This document shows, one piece after another, positions 61,456-64,000 of a DNA stretch of 64,000 nt; position 1 is the first letter of the stretch; each line of letters starts with the position of its first letter. This DNA is from Chrysemys picta bellii (Eukaryota). A program made the position numbers and the translations under genes. The notes under the pieces were generated by a model. It saw only the letters and a program-made list of their open reading frames with translations, had not been told where the DNA came from and did not search any database. The stretch spans positions 4,278,001 through 4,342,000 of the forward strand of contig NC_088791.1 of NCBI RefSeq assembly GCF_011386835.1. Reading direction: 5' to 3'.

Positions 61456-61983
61456 CACGGGTGGCGGGTTGCATAGGCAGGGGCAGGTTTTGCCTCCCCA
61501 AACAGACAAGGGTGACCCGGCCTCCTTCCGCGACACTCTCTACGTACAATTGCTGATCCAGTGCTCCCAGCTCCAAGTCCAGCCCTCCAGTGCTCTGGAG
61601 TTGGGGCCGCTCCCCACCCATCTTCCTGCACTGCAGGGCTTGAGAGGCTGGTGCCGCTCCCCACCCACCCTTCCGCACTCAAGGGCTGGGGCAGCTCGCC
61701 GCATGGCCTCCCGCTCTCCATGGCTGGGACAGTGAGCTGCCCACCTTTCCTTCCCTTGGCAGGGCAGGCAGGGGCCGCGCACCTCCGCGCTTCCGGCACT
61801 CCTTTGGGTCTGGGGGCCTAGCTGCGGAACTGGGTCTGTGGCCACAGTGGTGGGGGGCAGCTCTCAGGTTGGGGAGGTGGGAATTGGCTCCCGCAGGGCC
61901 TCGTGCGGAAGTGGAGGGCCCTTGGGGGAAGGGGCGGGCCAAGGGGTAGCCTCTCCCAGTCAGAGGTTCACACATCCCTCCTG
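61456..61983. mobile_element. GC-rich hAT-like MITE copy
   Basis: Same type as 3438-3965. Confidence 0.55.
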
Positions 61984-63148
61984 GCTGTGAGCACCAGGGG
62001 TTGAGGTGCCGAGTATGGATAGAGAGAGGAACTCCCAATAGAGAGATGCACTCCCAAGAAGGTTTCTCTAACCCGGGCTAGCTAAAGTGCATTCCTTCAA
62101 TTGGAAGTTCATGGAACTGTTCCCTTTTACACTGGTTCACTATCTACCCTTACACTTCAAAATATATATAATAGGGAGATGAAAGGTACATGGAATGAAA
62201 ATCAAAGAGCCCCAATTTCAAAGGCTAGGACTCACAAACTGAGCACTGGAATGACATCTGTGACCTTGACATGCATTTTTAAAGTAAATCTAATCTTCCG
62301 TGTTGGAACATCTAATCCCAGTAATAAGTTATTACTACTTTAGTAATTCATATTTTGGGCTCCATAACATTTGATGGGTGTTTGTGAAGTGCTTTGAAAT
62401 GCTTAGATCGGAGGAAGCCTCAGACAATCCACCCTGAAAGTTACAATTATATCTGCTTGCCACAGAGGTAAATGGAGGCACATTCAGATGAAGGTCAGAC
62501 AGGGAGCTATTGGCAGAGTCAGAAATATACCCCAATTTAATATTTAAAAAGCTACTGCAACCTTGGAAAATTGACAGACTTGTAATTCCTTTGGAGAACT
62601 ATTATCCTCAAGTATAAAAAAGCCGCAGTTCAAGTAGATCACAAAATTAGCCAGATTTTTATTCTTAACGCTGAGATTCAAGGATGCAAAAATTTTTTAA
62701 CCAGACTTGTTGCTAACCTTGTCTTGTAACACCGTGTAACGCGGATCAACCTAGACCTCAGCCTGTGGTCAGAAGTATTGGGTTGTATTTCTCTTTCTGC
62801 AACTGACACCCATATGACCTTCACCTCAACATGCCTCCTTTTTTAGGCCTATCAAACGTAAAGAGTACGGATGTTAAGGTTGGAAGTTCTTCAGTGTCCT
62901 TAAACCTCAAGATTTCAAAACGCCTCAAAAACACTCGCTGGTGTTTGACACATGCAAAAGATTGTAGTCAATACATTGTTGTGACGATTAGACGCCACTG
63001 CACCGAGTCGTATAGTCACTTTCAACAAAATGGAGGCCAAGGTCTCTCATGTCATTCCCTTCATCGGGTCATGATTTAAGGCCACACAATTTGGGGCTAT
63101 TTCATTTTCATTCATATGTAGTTTTGAATTTGGTATTTCCTAAAAACC

Positions 63149-63340
63149 ATGCAGGGTAGAATGGCCCAGTCCAGTTGCTAGCAGCTTCAAGGAGCTGACC
63201 GGTGAGCAGTGCCCTAGCTCTGAAGTGGTGATCAGACCCTCACCGGTTCTTGTGACCCTCCCAGGACCAATTCTCCACAATTTCCCTCCTAAGAGCCAAG
63301 TGGGACCAGAGAAGCCCCTGTGGTCAGAGCCGGTTTTGGG
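63149..63340 (+). pseudogene. CBP core-box fragment (psiA, arm A5)
   Basis: [25 protein letters not shown]; closest to the A1 copy. Confidence 0.75.
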
Positions 63341-64000
63341 GTTTTATTGGATTTTTGACGGATTTTTTTATTGCAAAGTGAAGGTGCTCTCCTGGCGTAC
63401 ATCAGCTTGGTTGCTTCACCTTCAAAGAGGCGGAGGACCTTAAAATCAAAGCAAGACCCTTCTGCCTTCTTCCCTGCATATGTAACCCACTCTTGGGGAT
63501 ATTTTTCACATGTTACACAACATTCTGGTTCAGGCAGGAATGTTTTCTCCAGGATGCCCTATGGCTGGTCAGGCATTATGTCAAATCTCATCCCCCAGCC
63601 ATCTCCTCCATCACCAAGAATGTCACATTTTCCTCTCTCCTGGGTTTCTTGCTGGGCTCAGTCAGCTGCATTGTCTTGCAAGATCTCAGTTCCTTGACTG
63701 CTCATGGATGGAGAGATGGTTTCTGGTAGAGCAGAGGTACCAAGACTTAATTTAAAATCTTTTTGTAAAAGAGCACTGCTTCCTTTCTCTCTTTGCCATC
63801 CCTCCCCTCGACCCATAAGCAAATCTGCTCTAGGCAGCCCTTTGAGACAGCATTGGTGACCCAAGGGGAGGTCCATTGTTAGGTCAAGTTTTACTCACCA
63901 TAGGTAAGATTCACCCCTGGGCAGACGGCCATCACAAAGGCCCATGCTCCACTTAAGTCCCTGCTAAGACCAAGCTCGAAAGTTTAAAATGGGACTAACA

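Larger units (their letters stand above)
60156..64000 (+). repeat. Start of a further arm (A5), A1-like, with two small deletions near 60603 and 60651
   Basis: Collinear with ~1325-6040; runs off the window. Confidence 0.85.

Overview
Vertebrate genomic DNA, almost certainly turtle (inferred from the corneous beta-protein type and the Harbinger, CR1, Penelope and hAT repeat families). The window is an ampliconic corneous beta-protein (CBP, beta-keratin) cluster. It holds three intact two-exon CBP genes (CDS 7761-8309 +, 27376-27924 -, 39850-40398 +; 182 aa each), one 5'-deleted CBP (58313-58473 -), four decayed full-length CBP paralogues and four CBP core-box fragments. These lie in repeated 8-10 kb arms of alternating orientation (A1 +, A2 -, A3 +, A4 -, A5 +) inside a ~32.1 kb tandem duplication. 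The spacers carry a full-length 4.9 kb Harbinger (DDE transposase plus spliced Myb/SANT gene) nested in a solo LTR, a truncated CR1, a Chapaev-like transposase fragment, Penelope pieces with hammerhead ribozyme motifs, and hAT-type MITEs. The best leads are (1) a candidate third gene nested antisense in the Harbinger Myb intron, (2) paralogous variants suggesting arm-to-arm gene conversion across the head-to-head palindrome, and (3) a microhomology inversion/deletion that removed the 5' part of one CBP. All alignments were made by eye, so repeat boundaries and difference counts are approximate. Most other ORFs in the supplied track are spurious frames in repeats.
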